A stretch of DNA of 64,000 nt from the NCBI GenBank assembly GCA_040954595.2, contig CM082576.2, positions 1,557,403-1,621,402 of the forward strand. Direction: 5' to 3'. The translations under genes were made by a program, and so were the position numbers. Shown here one piece after another: positions 1-17,100 of the stretch; the stretch's first letter is position 1; each line of letters opens with the position of its first letter. Below the pieces are notes generated by a model. It searched no databases and was not told where the DNA came from. It saw only the letters and a list, made by a program, of their open reading frames with translations. The DNA is from Balanoglossus misakiensis (taxonomy: Eukaryota; Animalia; Hemichordata).

Positions 1-129
1 CACACATATGTATCGAAAAAGCTGTTTTGACATAGTGCTGTATCACTGGTCAGTTACACAGATATAGTGAAAAAATGTTTCGAACTAATCATACCCATTG
101 AATTATGAATTTTTTTTTTCAGATTGAAA

Positions 130-3395
<3,266 letters not shown>

Positions 3396-4117
3396 CAGAG
3401 AGTCATTTGAAAGAGTTTGCCAAATTTCTCTTCTGGAAAGCCATAATAGTGTACTGTCATGATAAATTAAGTTCATTGTATTTGCTGTTTCTGGATTGGA
3501 CATTTCTTTCATAGGAAATTATCACACAACAGTGAAATGTTAGAAAATGTAAGTTTTATTTTTAAAATGTCTGCATATAACTACATTTAATACATGTATA
3601 TTGACACAAAATATGTCCACTTCCACATTTTTCTTGGCTACCAATGTTATCCCATCAAATGTTTTAGCTAATATACAAATTTGGAATATTTACATCATCA
3701 CATATAAAAAGATTGTTCAGTATACTCATCCATACCCAAGTTTCAAGAAAATTACAGTACAAGATATACACCTTACTTTTTAGTTGGAACTTCATAAAAG
3801 TAACAATATCTGTTGTATTATGAAAAACTATCAAAACTTCTACAAGTAACCTAACAAGTTAAGTTGATAAAAAAACTGTAATCTGAATATTTTGGAGGTA
3901 AACAACAATGGAGTGGTCCAGTTGAGAAGGTGGTGAGATGGGATTTAGTACCGCAGAAGGCGTGTATCCTTCTAACAAGGCTTTAAAACCACAATATCCT
4001 GTTGCTTATCATTGAGGAGTTAAAGAATTCATTGATGATGTCCATTTACCCATCCAAAGATACCTTGGCCCTGTACCTGTCCAGTTCAGTGAGTTTGTTG
4101 TTTGCCACAGAGGGTGG

Positions 4118-6902
4118 CTATAAATCAACTGGAAGAGCCAACGTCTGCAGAGTGAAGGCTGTTGCAATACCACCAGCAAATATTGCAGGCACAGCAACAA
4201 AGGAAAGTAGGGACAACATTCCCATGCCAGATAAACCATGTCCACTGCAGAAAGAGAGAACAAATGCAAATATGACATTTTCAGTAAATTCATGAAGACA
4301 ATAGAAAACAATGGGTTTGGACTGAACCATGATGGTGAAAGGGTTAAAGAAAGCTGTTGGCCGAGTCTGTATTACCTGGTACATCCAGCAGCCAGTCTTG
4401 CACCAAAGACAATCAGAACGCCACCCAGAAAAGCAGAGTTGGTGGAAACACCTAGCACAGAACCAAATGTATCTGAACTTGATGACGACATCCATGCACC
4501 AAACACAGCCCCACTCACATAGAACACCTGGAGGGATATCAAAATAAGATAATGCAGAGAAATTGGTGTTATAGGATTAAACTTGTGACTAAATAGAAGT
4601 CACAGCAAACAATTCAATCATTGGAGTTGCAACTGGCAGCCCCATCCCGACTTCACCCACAGGGACTAACAAATACTCTTGAGATACAGCCAAGCCAGCA
4701 AAACTAGTCACCTGGAAAACATGTACCATTGTAGCAGATTGACCCCAAACTACTGTATGAGGTCAGACTTGTTTTTCCAGACAGGGCATGCCAGACCTTG
4801 CTGTGTGGTTTTTTATCAAGGTGAAAATGCCATTTATTCAGTGAAAACAATACAATAAATAATTTTAACTGATACTAATTCTTTTTAGTTCAATTTCTCT
4901 TATTGAAAAATAATGTTTCATGTAAGAAAGAAGCTAGTGTTGGGTAAAAGTTGTGACTGACCTGCCACCAGTTTTCCACTCCCTTTCTGTGGTTGTTGAG
5001 ATATGGAGAGAGTTTCTGTAACCGACTAGTCACCAGTAACTGTGACACAGCTGTACAGTAACTGCTGCTGCTGCCAATGGTGTCTTGCACAGATAACACA
5101 ACAGGTATTTGAAGACTTCCAACAATCAGACCTACAACATTAAACAACAACAAACCAGTCAATGTGACACCAGCCTTTTTTCTTATCTTTCAATCAACAT
5201 CAAGAGTACATTCGTGTCTTTCTTTGCAGCAGTAATTCGTCAGTTGCCAAAACCAATCATACTGATAACCTTTAAGGCTTACCACAAAGAATAGGAGGCC
5301 AAGATCTCATGGCAAACCAAGAATCTGTGGGCACATTTGGAGCTGTCAGATCACTTGTCCATGGTACAAAATGCTCTAGACTAAATATAACCATTCCCAG
5401 CATAGAGGCCAGAGGTAGTGCCAGGAAAAAAAATGGAGATGGCATGGCTTGGTCCAGCCTGCAATCAAACCAAAAGACACACATATTATTTTGTTGCAGT
5501 TTTATTTTTCAAGTGAATGAAAAGGCTATCATTTCTGGTACATCCATCTCACATTAAATAATTTCATTCATCTTGGCCTACCAAGGCAAGACTTTTCATT
5601 TTGAGTGATGTCCCAATTTAAAAAGAAGGATATGTAGGTCATACAGGAAAGCAGCAAATTATGATAACACAGCTCATACTTACAAATAGATTTTGTGTGA
5701 CTCGGTTGGTTTTGTAAATCTTGTTAACCAGGTTTCCATCAAACCATAGAGAACAGCTCCAGCAAAACATCCCAACAATGTTATCACTGTGTCATAAAGA
5801 CAAGCCAAAAGCTGATTACTATCAGTACCCGGTATATAAAAGAGCAACACAAACAAACCTTGTCTACATAGTTTAATATTATCATAAAAAACTGGTAAAA
5901 GAAATTACCTGCATTACCCACACCAGCCCCAACCTGTGACAATACCATGCCAGGACACTAAAGAAAAACAATGCAGTATATACAGAATGAGATGATATGT
6001 TTGGGTACCATACGGCAAATATTGTGTGATTTTTCTAAGAATGGGTTGATATCACTTGCTGGTAAATGCGTTCAATGTGGAATGTTTTGAAGATTTACCG
6101 AACCACAGAATGTCATGCCAGCACCAAGAATGCATCCACCAGTGATGCTTGATAGCACAGACTTGGTCTTCAGGGTCATGATGAATTCTTGACGAGCTCG
6201 GAAGAACTTCTTGGATGTAAACGGCAACATTGACATCACAGAAAGACACAGGAGTCCTGACAGAACTGCTGACAGGAACATCTTCAACATCACAAATTTT
6301 GTAAACAACATCTGTTCCCTGATTATGGATGGTTCAAAAACTGGAATCAAAAGAAAATGTTGCTGATCAAATGTGATGAATGCATATGATGGAAACATCT
6401 GCTGAGTTTTCAAAAAGTTGATGACTAAGACTTACTACCTGTCTCTGGTGACCAGACACACAAGGGCGTGTGATCACCATGACAACCATGTCTGTTTTGC
6501 AAGAAAGGACCAAAGTGCTCTAAAGATGAGAAAAATCACACTCGTATTCATAAAAACTTTGCGAATGTCCAAATATCAATTAAAGTTATTGCCACCATAA
6601 GATGCCTAAAGGTGTTATGATGACATAATTCCTATCATAAATGCATTGAATACATGTAAACTGGATTCGTTCTTCTTGTAAAGATAAGAATGGATGTTAC
6701 GTTTTGTACCTCTCCCCTTTTCACATGAAACTCCGAAAACACCTCCCGCCACTGTGCAAATCAGTAACTTTGGGATCACGTTAAACTTTCTGGAACTTGT
6801 GCCAGGAACATCGACTTCTCCATTCTGTAAGCCAGAGAAATCATCCTCTTCATGATATGTTCCTCTTTCTCCCCTTCGTCTGCTGGAAGTGACACCCGCC
6901 AT
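4118..6902 (-). CDS. YeeE/YedE family (TsuA-like) sulfur-compound/thiosulfate transporter, 8 exons
   Basis: Exons at about 6902-6710, 6342-6099, 5957-5910, 5787-5682, 5458-5283, 5131-4963, 4527-4378 and 4245-4118 join in phase across GT-AG introns. The product is multi-pass hydrophobic and carries family motifs FEPSIIREQMLF..FVMLKMF, GGCILGAGMTFCGS|CPG, DTIGSSSSY and FGARLAAGCTS|GHGLSG. Confidence 0.85.
4301..4347. mobile_element. Half copy of a small TTAA-ended (piggyBac-type) MITE
   Basis: 42/47 nt identical to 27274-27320 and ends GGTGAAAGGG-TTAA. Lies in the last intron of the YeeE/YedE gene. Confidence 0.6.
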
Positions 6903-7983
6903 ATCGATGTGTGTCCGTCGACGGCTGAATATGATGAGAGGGAAATGTAATCAGACTTTTTGACAAGCTGAGCGATTGCTAGTAAACGAACGTGACCACC
7001 TTCAAGGACGTTCCATCGTACCTGGGATGCATGTGAAATGACTGATTCAAACACGGTTCAATCAAGAACGTAAAAGAGAATTGTGTGTATGCAGATTTAG
7101 TCGTATACCCGCCGGCTAAATGGCAAGCGCCCTCATCGGCCATTGGCACACTAGTACATTTCCACCAGTAGTAACATCAATATATATGTAATGGTGGGAT
7201 TGTGATAAAATTGCACAGCGCACTCCATGAAAATTTCGGATATCAGAGACAAACTGGTGATTTATAAACAAACTGAATCATGATAATAGCAATGATGTAA
7301 TTCAAAATCTAAATTCCATGTAAGCCAGCCTGGCCTCATATCAAAAACGCATTTGTAAAAAACTCGACCCCTCCCAAGTAGCCTTGTGAACAATGACTTT
7401 AGTTTGGAAAATTACATGTATGCCAGTTGTTAAGATTTCACTAAATCATACATAGAACCATTTCATTTCTTTTTGTTTCGTTTTGATGAATTCAACTGGC
7501 TACATTCTTGATAATTGGAAAGGTGCCAACAAAACTATATACACTGTGAGTAGTCTACTTTTTATGACAATACCTAGTTTTAAACACATCAGTGGCATTA
7601 TAAATATAGTGATATATTTCTATTGTTTTATAACATTACATTACAATAGCTTTATCCATTAAAAAAATTGTCAAGAGGAGTCACCATGAGTTTGGGAAAA
7701 TTGTCTAATACATGTACACTTACAATACATGTAATCTTTGGCCGGGGTCGTTTATCATGATCGAGGTTGAAAAAGAAACTAACACACATCAGCGAAGAAA
7801 ACGTTTTTGAAAAGTTGCCCATCGTTCTTGTTTTAAAAGTTAACATTTTCAATGCCCGTTTTTCTTTCCAGTCTAAATCAATGCATTAAAAAAGCTGGAA
7901 AAATTCTGAGGTGCGCGGTGGACCCGTCACTGGTTATCGCCCCCTACGACAATATGAGTCTTAGTCATCGTTCGCTAAAAGAA

Positions 7984-7991
7984 TGACGTCA
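7984..7991. promoter_or_regulatory. CRE palindrome TGACGTCA in the shared upstream region of YeeE/YedE and ATG2
   Basis: Perfect 8-bp CREB/ATF site about 110 bp upstream of the ATG2 start codon. Function is inferred only. Confidence 0.4.
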
Positions 7992-8101
7992 CACGTAAAT
8001 ATGGCTGACTGTTTTGGTTTTGGCGACAGTAGTTGGAAAGTTTAATTTTCATGGCACAGTGCTGCACATTTTCATGTCGCTGTCTTAATTTTTAGTTCAT
8101 T

Positions 8102-11100
8102 ATGCCTTGGTACTTTCCGTGGCCAGAATATATCAAGAAGAGGGCCTGTAGGTACCTTCTCCAGCACTATCTCGGTAACTTCCTACAGGAGAAGTTGACG
8201 CTCGATCAGCTGAGTGTTGATCTGTACAATGGGAAGGGGACGATAAAAAATGTCGCGCTCGATGTTTGGGTGAGTATTTCAGTCTGCGAACAATTCTTTT
8301 GGCAAAATAAAAGGGGTTTAGCGTTCAGACTGTATATTACACCACATCCAACTGTGCTATGTCATTGAGGAAATGGATTCTGTGGCTAGGGCTACAAAAC
8401 CCTGGCCATCATCAGGTCGCGGTCAAGTGCATCGTCGCATCGCAGGTTTCAATGTTTCACGTACGTGAGTGCACGCATAGACATATGGTGCACGTAAGCA
8501 TAAGCTCAGCTTATCACACGATGCAACAGTGCAGTGCTGTTAATAAACTCGACACATTCATCAGAATGCAAAGTAACTGATACTTCACCGTTGTTCAGCC
8601 TAAAATTTCCGACCTCATAAGCTGTTACTATTGAGTTACGTGCATATGGTAGACTAATATAATTTAATAAAAAAATATAACAAAGCAAGACAAGACTCAC
8701 CAACTCAGGACACTAAGCTCTTCCTCATTTTAATGGAGAAAATGCATTTCACCAACGTGTCTTGGGAGTAATCCGATTTTATCAAAGTCAAAATCAAACT
8801 GAAATGAAATAAAAGGGACAAACTGAAAGCAAAATATGCATGTGAACCTGTACATGAAATCATACCGAAGCAATGAAAAATGGGGAGAATAGAATAAACT
8901 TTAGGCGCCAACTTACAGAAATGGTGAGCAGGGAACTGCCCTTCCTCTCTCACTCGATGCAAGAAGTCAAATGGCAGAAGTGTGTTGTTGTCTCAGACAA
9001 TGTCAAAGCTCATTAACACTTGCAAGAAAATTTGCATATAAAGGTGTTGAAAAAGTTGGAGTACACAGGCCATAGGGAATTGACTGTTGAAATACCTGAC
9101 TCTAAAATAGAACTTGAACAGGTGCTAATAAAAACTTTGGCCAATTACATACATCAAAAGACAAAGGGGAAAAATAAATATGCATTTGGTCTAAAAATGA
9201 GCTTGAAAATAACTACACCTAAAAGGTTGATGCCGAATAAATAATTGTTAAAAATGAGTTGGACCAAACAGATGTTAAAATATGTTACCGTACTATTCTA
9301 AAATTTCATTGGTGGATCTCTTGAGTTGATAATTCCGCTTGGACTCATCTTTGTGAACTTTTTTCCAAGAATCACCTTTTTTCCCCAAGAATCACAAGTT
9401 TCATATTATTGATGGAATGGTTGGATATAAATGTTATAAACTGACAAACATAGCTGTTTTATTTGGGTCTGAATTGTTATTTTTTAGGCACTGAATGAAT
9501 TGGCTGAAACATTTGATTCACCTGTTGAAGTGATTGAAGGTGTTATTGGCAGTATATCTATAAGTGTACCATGGTCTGCATTGCTCAGTGACAGTTGCCA
9601 GATAGATATCCATAATCTTGAGCTTATTGTACAGCCGAGATATCGCAATGAACAGTCAGGTAAGTTTATATCACATTTTCTTAGAAAATATCCTGCCAAG
9701 CCAGTCGACTGCACAGTCGCACAGATTCAACATTGTAATATTTTGGTTTCATGCCAGTTATAGCAGTTGAGTATTTTGGTATCGCTGGATTGAGCTCTCG
9801 TCCATATTTAAGTATTAAAGTGCCAGTTAATATTGAGTTGACAATGCTTTTTGAGAGTAACAATGCATATTATGGTGTTTTTAAAAGTAACCCAGCAAGA
9901 GAGGGTGGGAGGGAGATTATACAGGATTTTCTGTTTTTTTTTTTTACCCTGAAATGTCTTCAGGTCCAATGGCTGACTCCATGTGGAGTAGTATCAGTAT
10001 GACTTCTAGCATGCAGCTTGCCCAGGATTTCTTCAAACAGGAACAGACAGACAGTGAACAACAAGCAGACAATGCACAAAGATATGAAGGTTTGGAAGTA
10101 TTTGCCCAGACCATTGAATCAGGTAAGCTCTATACCAAAACTATGTTTATGTTCATTCACCAGTGGTACTAAATGCAGTGACATGTGGTTTATAACTTTT
10201 GGTAATTTTTTTCATCATGTCTGTGTATCAAATAGTTTCTTTGATCTTTCAGTACTTTCAAGGGTTAAGATGAATTTCACTGATACAGTTGTTAGAATTG
10301 AGCATGTACCACTGGACTCCAAGATTGGTGTTGCCTTAGAAGTACACGTGAAAAAGTGAGTACATCTGAAAGACGTGTCACTATTGTGTTAAACACAATT
10401 TTGTTACAAAACAGATTTACTTTTTACTCTGCTCATCTTCTCCCAAAGACTTCCCTAACAACATCCTTTTGACATATATGATGATTTTAAATAAGATGTA
10501 AAAAATAACATTGTCTTGTCTTGATCATTAGGATGGATTACTTTGATGAGAATGCCTCTGATCAGGGAAGTAGTGTGGATCAAGACGTACCTCAGAAACA
10601 AGAACCGGCAGCTGTAGCTTTGAAGAAATTCTACTTGATGGGTGTATCATTGTACTGCCAAGAGTTTGCTGATAACTTGAGAACACTGTCTAGAAATTCT
10701 TCAGTTGATAGTGATGGCTCACAAAAGGTGAGTGTGCAGGAATTATGTGTTACTCTGATCTGAAACTATCTCCCATATTCCTTTGGTTTTGTTTAACCAA
10801 CATGCTCTTCTCTGTATATATAGCAACTTTCACTTCTGTGTGATAGTTTCACTGCTGAGAATACTTGATCGTGGCAGTGCATTAACTGTAACATGTGATC
10901 TTCATATAGGCCCAGGAGAACCAGTCTCCACCATCGTCACCACCCATGCCACCAAGCCATGCAGCAATGAACGCCAAACCACCTGAAAACACACCACAAG
11001 GCAAAGTGGTGGAGCAGAGTGAACCCATTAAAATAGCCAGCTTTGCAGGAAGACAGGAAATTCAACTGAAGATTAAACAGAATGAAGGTGTACCGGGACC

Positions 11101-14100
11101 AAAGGTAGGAATGAGAAAATAGTGCAACAAGGATTTTTACAAACACAGTTTTCTTATGATTATACTGAAGGATTCAAATTTTGAGGCAACTGTTGCCAAG
11201 GGGAATCTGGAAAATCAATGATTATATGTTCTCTTTCAGATTGAAATAGAATCTTTCTTGGGCTCGATCAATTTATTCCTATCCCCAATGCAAGTACATT
11301 TGTTACTTGAACTTGCTAATGGGATTATTCAACCTGGTAAGTAATATTTGTCGTATCCTCCAAATTCTTCTAGGAACTCTCAAGCACAATAGTTTGTTTT
11401 GCACTAATTAGACATGGTATTTCAATGATGATATTTTGCGTAACAGAATTATCATGTTGTGAATAGCATGTTCTAAAAAGAATTACTTTAACGTCACTTG
11501 CACAAGCAGCAAAAACTATCATTAACTGAGAGACCATTCTTTCTGAAATTCCTTTGTTCAGCCACATCTGATCTAGCCTCTGTGCCGGGACGATCCAAGA
11601 ACAAACTGATGCAAGCTGTCGATTATGGGAGGATAGAATTTGAACTGCAGGAACAGTTACATAGGAAGAGAATTCTCAAACATGAAGGCAGAATTCACAG
11701 ACAGTCTTGGAATTCTGATGAGGCTGAGGAGGGGTTGTACTCGCAGTGTTTAGGTGAGACATAATCTTTTGTCTGAATAACTCAGAAAAAATTTATAATG
11801 ACTTGCAGGTGAATGATAGAGCCTTTCAATACAGTATGTGGTTTTGCTAACATTTCCGTGATTCCCTACTCTTGCAGATGATGAAAGTGATGACCTGTAC
11901 TTCTCCATGAGCGGAAGTGTGACATCCATGCCTTTTGTCCATACGGGAGAGAGTGACATGGAATCATCATTTAACAGTAATTGTAGTGCCAGTACTTCAG
12001 ATACAAGCAGAACAGGTGGGAGTCTACATACTTTGATTGTTGTGTGCTGATTGAGTGAATAGAATTGAAGTTATTCTGTAACAGCAAAAGTGTAATTAGA
12101 TTTGTGTGTTCTATTTACAACCTCACAAGATATGATCACATGACGTACAAATGATTTTTTTTTATTGACCACATTCACATAATGTGCATACATCCTTGGG
12201 AGCCCAGTGTCCTTGATATTATTTTCACATTTATATCTCATTGACAGGAAGTAGCGGCTTGGCAAGACTTGGCTATGGCAACACATATATCACTGGTTCT
12301 GCCAGTATTCCACATTCTCCTTTTGCCTCCTCAATACCAAAGGGAGCATCAAAGAGAGGACATAAACCAAAGAAAAGTATGTCATGTATTCTGTCATTGA
12401 GGTAGACTGTGTTTTCTCTGTTGCAAGTTACTAAAGTTGTAGATGATGATGATGACACCGTTCTTTGATGAAAGATTCCAGAATACAACCAGTAATGTAT
12501 CATATGCATCATGGCATAATTCTTTTCCTGTTCAACTGGTGTAAATGACTAATTATTTGTATTTTTCTTGAAATGCCAGGTTTGCCTGAACTTGTTGAGG
12601 ATCCAGCAGCTGAAACAACTCGGTATAAATTGAAATGTAGCAGCATTACATTGTCTGTGCTGCATGACGATCCTTTGTCTACAAACCAGCCTCTAGAAAC
12701 CACCATCAATACACTGTCAACTAACTACTTCCAAAGAGTTGGTACAGTTGGAGCGGGAGGGAAGGAATTCACAGAGCTGAGAGAAAAACTTGCAGTGGCT
12801 TGCCCATATGATCATTTACAGTAAGTGTGTGTGTATGTACAGAATAGAAATTGTTTACCATAGGCATTTCATCTGAATCATCAACAGTACCTTTGCATTG
12901 TGGTTCATGACTTAAAAGAACTTTTACCAAATGAAACTGATTTATAGGAAGATACATTGGAGGTTTCTGATTTAATGAATATTTGTGTAACCTGTTATGT
13001 GACACAAGACTCACTTTCTGAATATTATCTTGCTGTTTTTTCCATCAGATTGATTTTTGCACCAGTTACCATTGAATGTGACAAGAAAGTCACCAATGCA
13101 GTCACTAGTACAAGTGTTGATCTGTCTGTAGGATTGCTAGAAATAGTTGAGGCTCTTTATGAAAGATCGCTTTCGAATATCAGTGCAAATGTATTGAGTC
13201 CTGTAGTTCCCAGCTATGCAGAAGTAAGTAGAAATGTTGGCAAATATTCCTACCTTGGATTAAAGTGTGCCTGATTGTTATAGTGTTCTATGTACATGAG
13301 AAATTATTCAAGAATTATCCCTCTGACCACACCAAGCTCAACTAGGCAAACCTGCTGTGCTGGGGCTGAGAGAGAGTGTATGTAGTTTGTCATATACTTC
13401 ATTTATGTGGTTGTCCACTGTCCTCACACAAGTTGCATCTGAAAGCCTGTTTTTGCAAATGCATGAACTTACCACTTTCTTTTGATTTTCCTTCTCTCAG
13501 ATCATAACATTTACAGATGTAGAACCACTTGGTGCTAAGTCACAGTATAGCAGTCTCATTGGTTCCTCACCTTGCCTCAAGATTGCAGTCAAAAGTTTGG
13601 TCAGAAATGTGGGTCAGGTTGGTATTTAAAAATTGGCTTCAATTAATTTAAGCAACTGAATTAAATTGCCACAATTCTGATATTGATATTAACAGTTTGG
13701 AAACACTAAGTGATACATTCGATTTTATTTTCAAAATATTATCATTGCAACCTTTCATTTGTATAACTTCGTTTCAACTCATCATCATATCTCTACAGCA
13801 AGGGTCCCTGACAAGACTTTCTTACAAACCCAGGACAGATGTCCTCATAAAATTTGGCAACATCAAACTTGAGCTGGATATCACATTGGTAGATCGACTG
13901 AACTCACTGCTTCATCCACAACCAATGAAAGAGAATGAGAATTATTCAACGTTCAGATCCCTGCATCACCAAAGTATGCCTATGGTGAGTACACAGCAAG
14001 GCTATTATCCAACCTTTGTGTTAAAAAGTTAAAGGCAAAAGCTTATGTATACCAAAATGCTCATGGAGTTTTTATTTGCATAAGACCTGTTTCTGCGTAA

Positions 14101-17100
14101 AAAAGCCTGTATTTTTTACTCTGAAAATACAGTTGCTTATTTGTTTTCTTGTATGTGTCATATGACATATGTGACAGTTTATGATCAAAGGTATGTCCAG
14201 TGTAGAAATTGTACTATGATATTTTTCAATGAACCAAGCAATTATGTTGTGTATTATGATCCTAACATTATTGCAGTGATAAACTTTTGAAATTTGTTTG
14301 TCTCTCTGCAGACCAAACAAGCCATGTTCAGACAAACCATTGATGAGACACCAACACAGAGTGATCAGAGAATGGAGATACATATAACATGTCCATTGTC
14401 TGTTATAGCTGTCAAGTGAGTTGAGAGTTAAGTTTATTTCAGTGTCTTCAAGTTCTGTCGAATTTGATGTGTTTGTTAGACAACCAGCTTGTAGGGTATG
14501 TTGATGATTTTGAACTGTGTTCTGTGCTAGGTTTCCCATCCCAGATCTGAGACCACAGATGGATATTGAAAGAAGACCATGGTGGAAAAGAGATCTAAGG
14601 AATGAGACACTTTTCCTGGAAGTTCAGGATGCAGCCTTCTACACCAAGTTGGGGGGCTCTGACCAAGTTGCTAAATATGAACTCACTTTCAAAGAAATGC
14701 ATGGTAAGTATAGAAACCTTGCAGTTGGCATTTTCATTGCTCCCGCATGACTTGTAGGGGTAATGAAAGTGGCTATTGTGGCTCATTTTAACTAATACAT
14801 TCTAATCTTTAATTCATAGTTGCTTTGACATTATTGGAAGATATTCATCCAAAGTACTTTATCATCTTTGAAACCCATTGATTGTTTCATCCACTCTTGT
14901 AACACTGAATTTCATTTCAGGTTTGTTTCAAGAAAACCAGACAGATCCGCCAGTGTCTTTCATGAGAATTAGTCATGACCAAGGGGATGAAATGGCCTCA
15001 GCAGCTGGTACAGAGAATGGATTCAATTGGCCCAGGTAGACATACAACAGGTCTTTGTGTTTAGAGAGTAGACATTCCAACCCCACAATAAACTTTTCTA
15101 CAAAGGAAAATGCCATTCTAACAACTTCTTGGTTTGACCGTAGATGTCTGCTTCACTATGCTTATAATTTAATCCATTGCAAGATGTTTTGGTCAGATTT
15201 TTGTGTGTGTTATTTTCCTTTTAGAATTGTGGTGAAAGTGTTTCCATTTGAGACAGGGCCAGTGTTAGAGGAGGAAGAGGATTCCTCAGACAGTAATCCA
15301 TTTAGTTCTCTGGAAGACACTATGCAGTTTGGAAAACAAGAACCGTCTCCGTTCTCATCCAAGAAAGTCCTTTATGATGGTGAAGAGGTACAATAAATTA
15401 ACTGTTACTCACTTGTAGACTTTACACATTTGAACAGCCCTGAATGTCACTGAAGGAGCCACAGTGTCATTTGTATGACACGTTCAATTTTCCATGTGCC
15501 TTTTTCCAGATGGTGATTCCTGGTGACCCAGCTGAAATGAAAGAGTTCTCAGAGAAAGCCATGAGCAAAACCAGATTTCAGTTGGAATTTACCTTGCCCA
15601 GTGTCAATGCATCACTTCCGTCTAAAGCATTCTTTGAGTGTATTTACAACAGGTAAGTAAAGTGTTTTGTGAGGTCATTTTGTGGGATTCAGTGGTTGAT
15701 TGGGTTTCTATAATGGCACACATTTTGCCAGAGTACCAGGAGTTTTAACATGTTACAATGATATGCTCATTGCTCTTTTGACATTGCTGCTAATACAGAA
15801 TATTTTATGTTTGGAAAGTGAATTTTTGCTGTGTGATCACAAATAAAACTTCTCCAAAAACTCATCTTAATTAGTGCATTAAGTCTAGAGAATGTAATCA
15901 TTCATGCATCCATGCTTTATCTGTACCCTCTTAGATTGCTGAATGATCTGTTGCTATGGGAACCAGCAGCACCAGCGCCAGTAAACACTGCAGACCCTCA
16001 CAACATCATGGCATCTACAGCTGGTTTGGATCTTGCAACTCAGATGAGACAACATCAAGAGAGATTTGTCATGTGTAGATCACTTCGTCAGAATGACTTT
16101 GGTGGTGAGGAAGTTTGATAAGTTTTTGAAATAACATTTGTTAGAGGGCACCACATGCATTTTGCAACAGTATTTGGTGATTGCAAGAATAGAGAAAAAG
16201 TTAACCTTTCTCTTTTGTATATTTCTTAATGGAACTTTCAACTTTTTGTCTTCAGACTCTGATTCTGATGAGGAAAGTGGTACATACAGCTCTTTCTTTG
16301 AGTCCAAAGTCAAGAGGAAAAAGAAACCAGAACAAATGAATTCCAATTCACAGAGCTACATAACAATTAATCTGAACATTGGTCGTGGTATGATAGACCT
16401 GTGTCTTCCAATTAAGGTAAGAACTTCTTTGCCTAGCTTTCATATACTCTGGTCCCACAATATGAAATTAAGTGGTGGAAAGTCTTTGAAAGTAGATTAG
16501 CAATTGGGTAACGCAATGAAGTTAAGTTAGCTCCCATGGATAAAATGTTACTGGTTTTAAGAAAATTTTGTGGCCTATATTGTGAAAGGAAGTGTAGTAC
16601 TGTACTACATAATGGCATATATGTGACATATGTCAACACACCTTGAAATCATCATTTGCCACTTTTGCAGGCAAATGTTAACATGGCATGCATTTTGTTG
16701 TAATCACAGGAGGAGAATGATGAAGTGAGCACTGACAGACATGGTGGTGCACTGATAGACATAGAAGATGGTAATCTATTCATGGTAGCCAGATACAAAG
16801 GCAATCCAGATTTGAGTTACATGGCTATACAGACCAACAGAATTGTGTTGTACCACAATGGAGAAATCCCTGGTACCTTTTCCAAAACCAGTGAAGTCAC
16901 CACCAGTAAATGTATTCCAAGCCATTTGCATCCATGTGTGTATAAATCTGAAGATGGTGCCTCAACCAAATCCTCTGGTGCTTATAGTGGTGGTGACAGT
17001 GTCAACATGCTGACTGTGGCTTCAAAGATAAACCTGTCTTCAAAGAGAAATGTCAAAGTAAGTGTATGTACAGGAGGCCAGTGTGTTCAATCATAATCAG

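Noticed and set aside
4619-4711. Possible in-frame poison or alternative terminal exon in the YeeE/YedE gene (ttttccag|GTGACT...TGA)
   Set aside because: Only an acceptor-like sequence supports it. The peptide has no family similarity and the downstream exon completes the protein.
4118-6902. Possibility that the YeeE/YedE protein is a selenoprotein or forms a selenium cluster with SELENON
   Set aside because: The motif cysteines are TGT codons with no in-frame TGA. The two genes are ~31 kb apart with unrelated genes between them.
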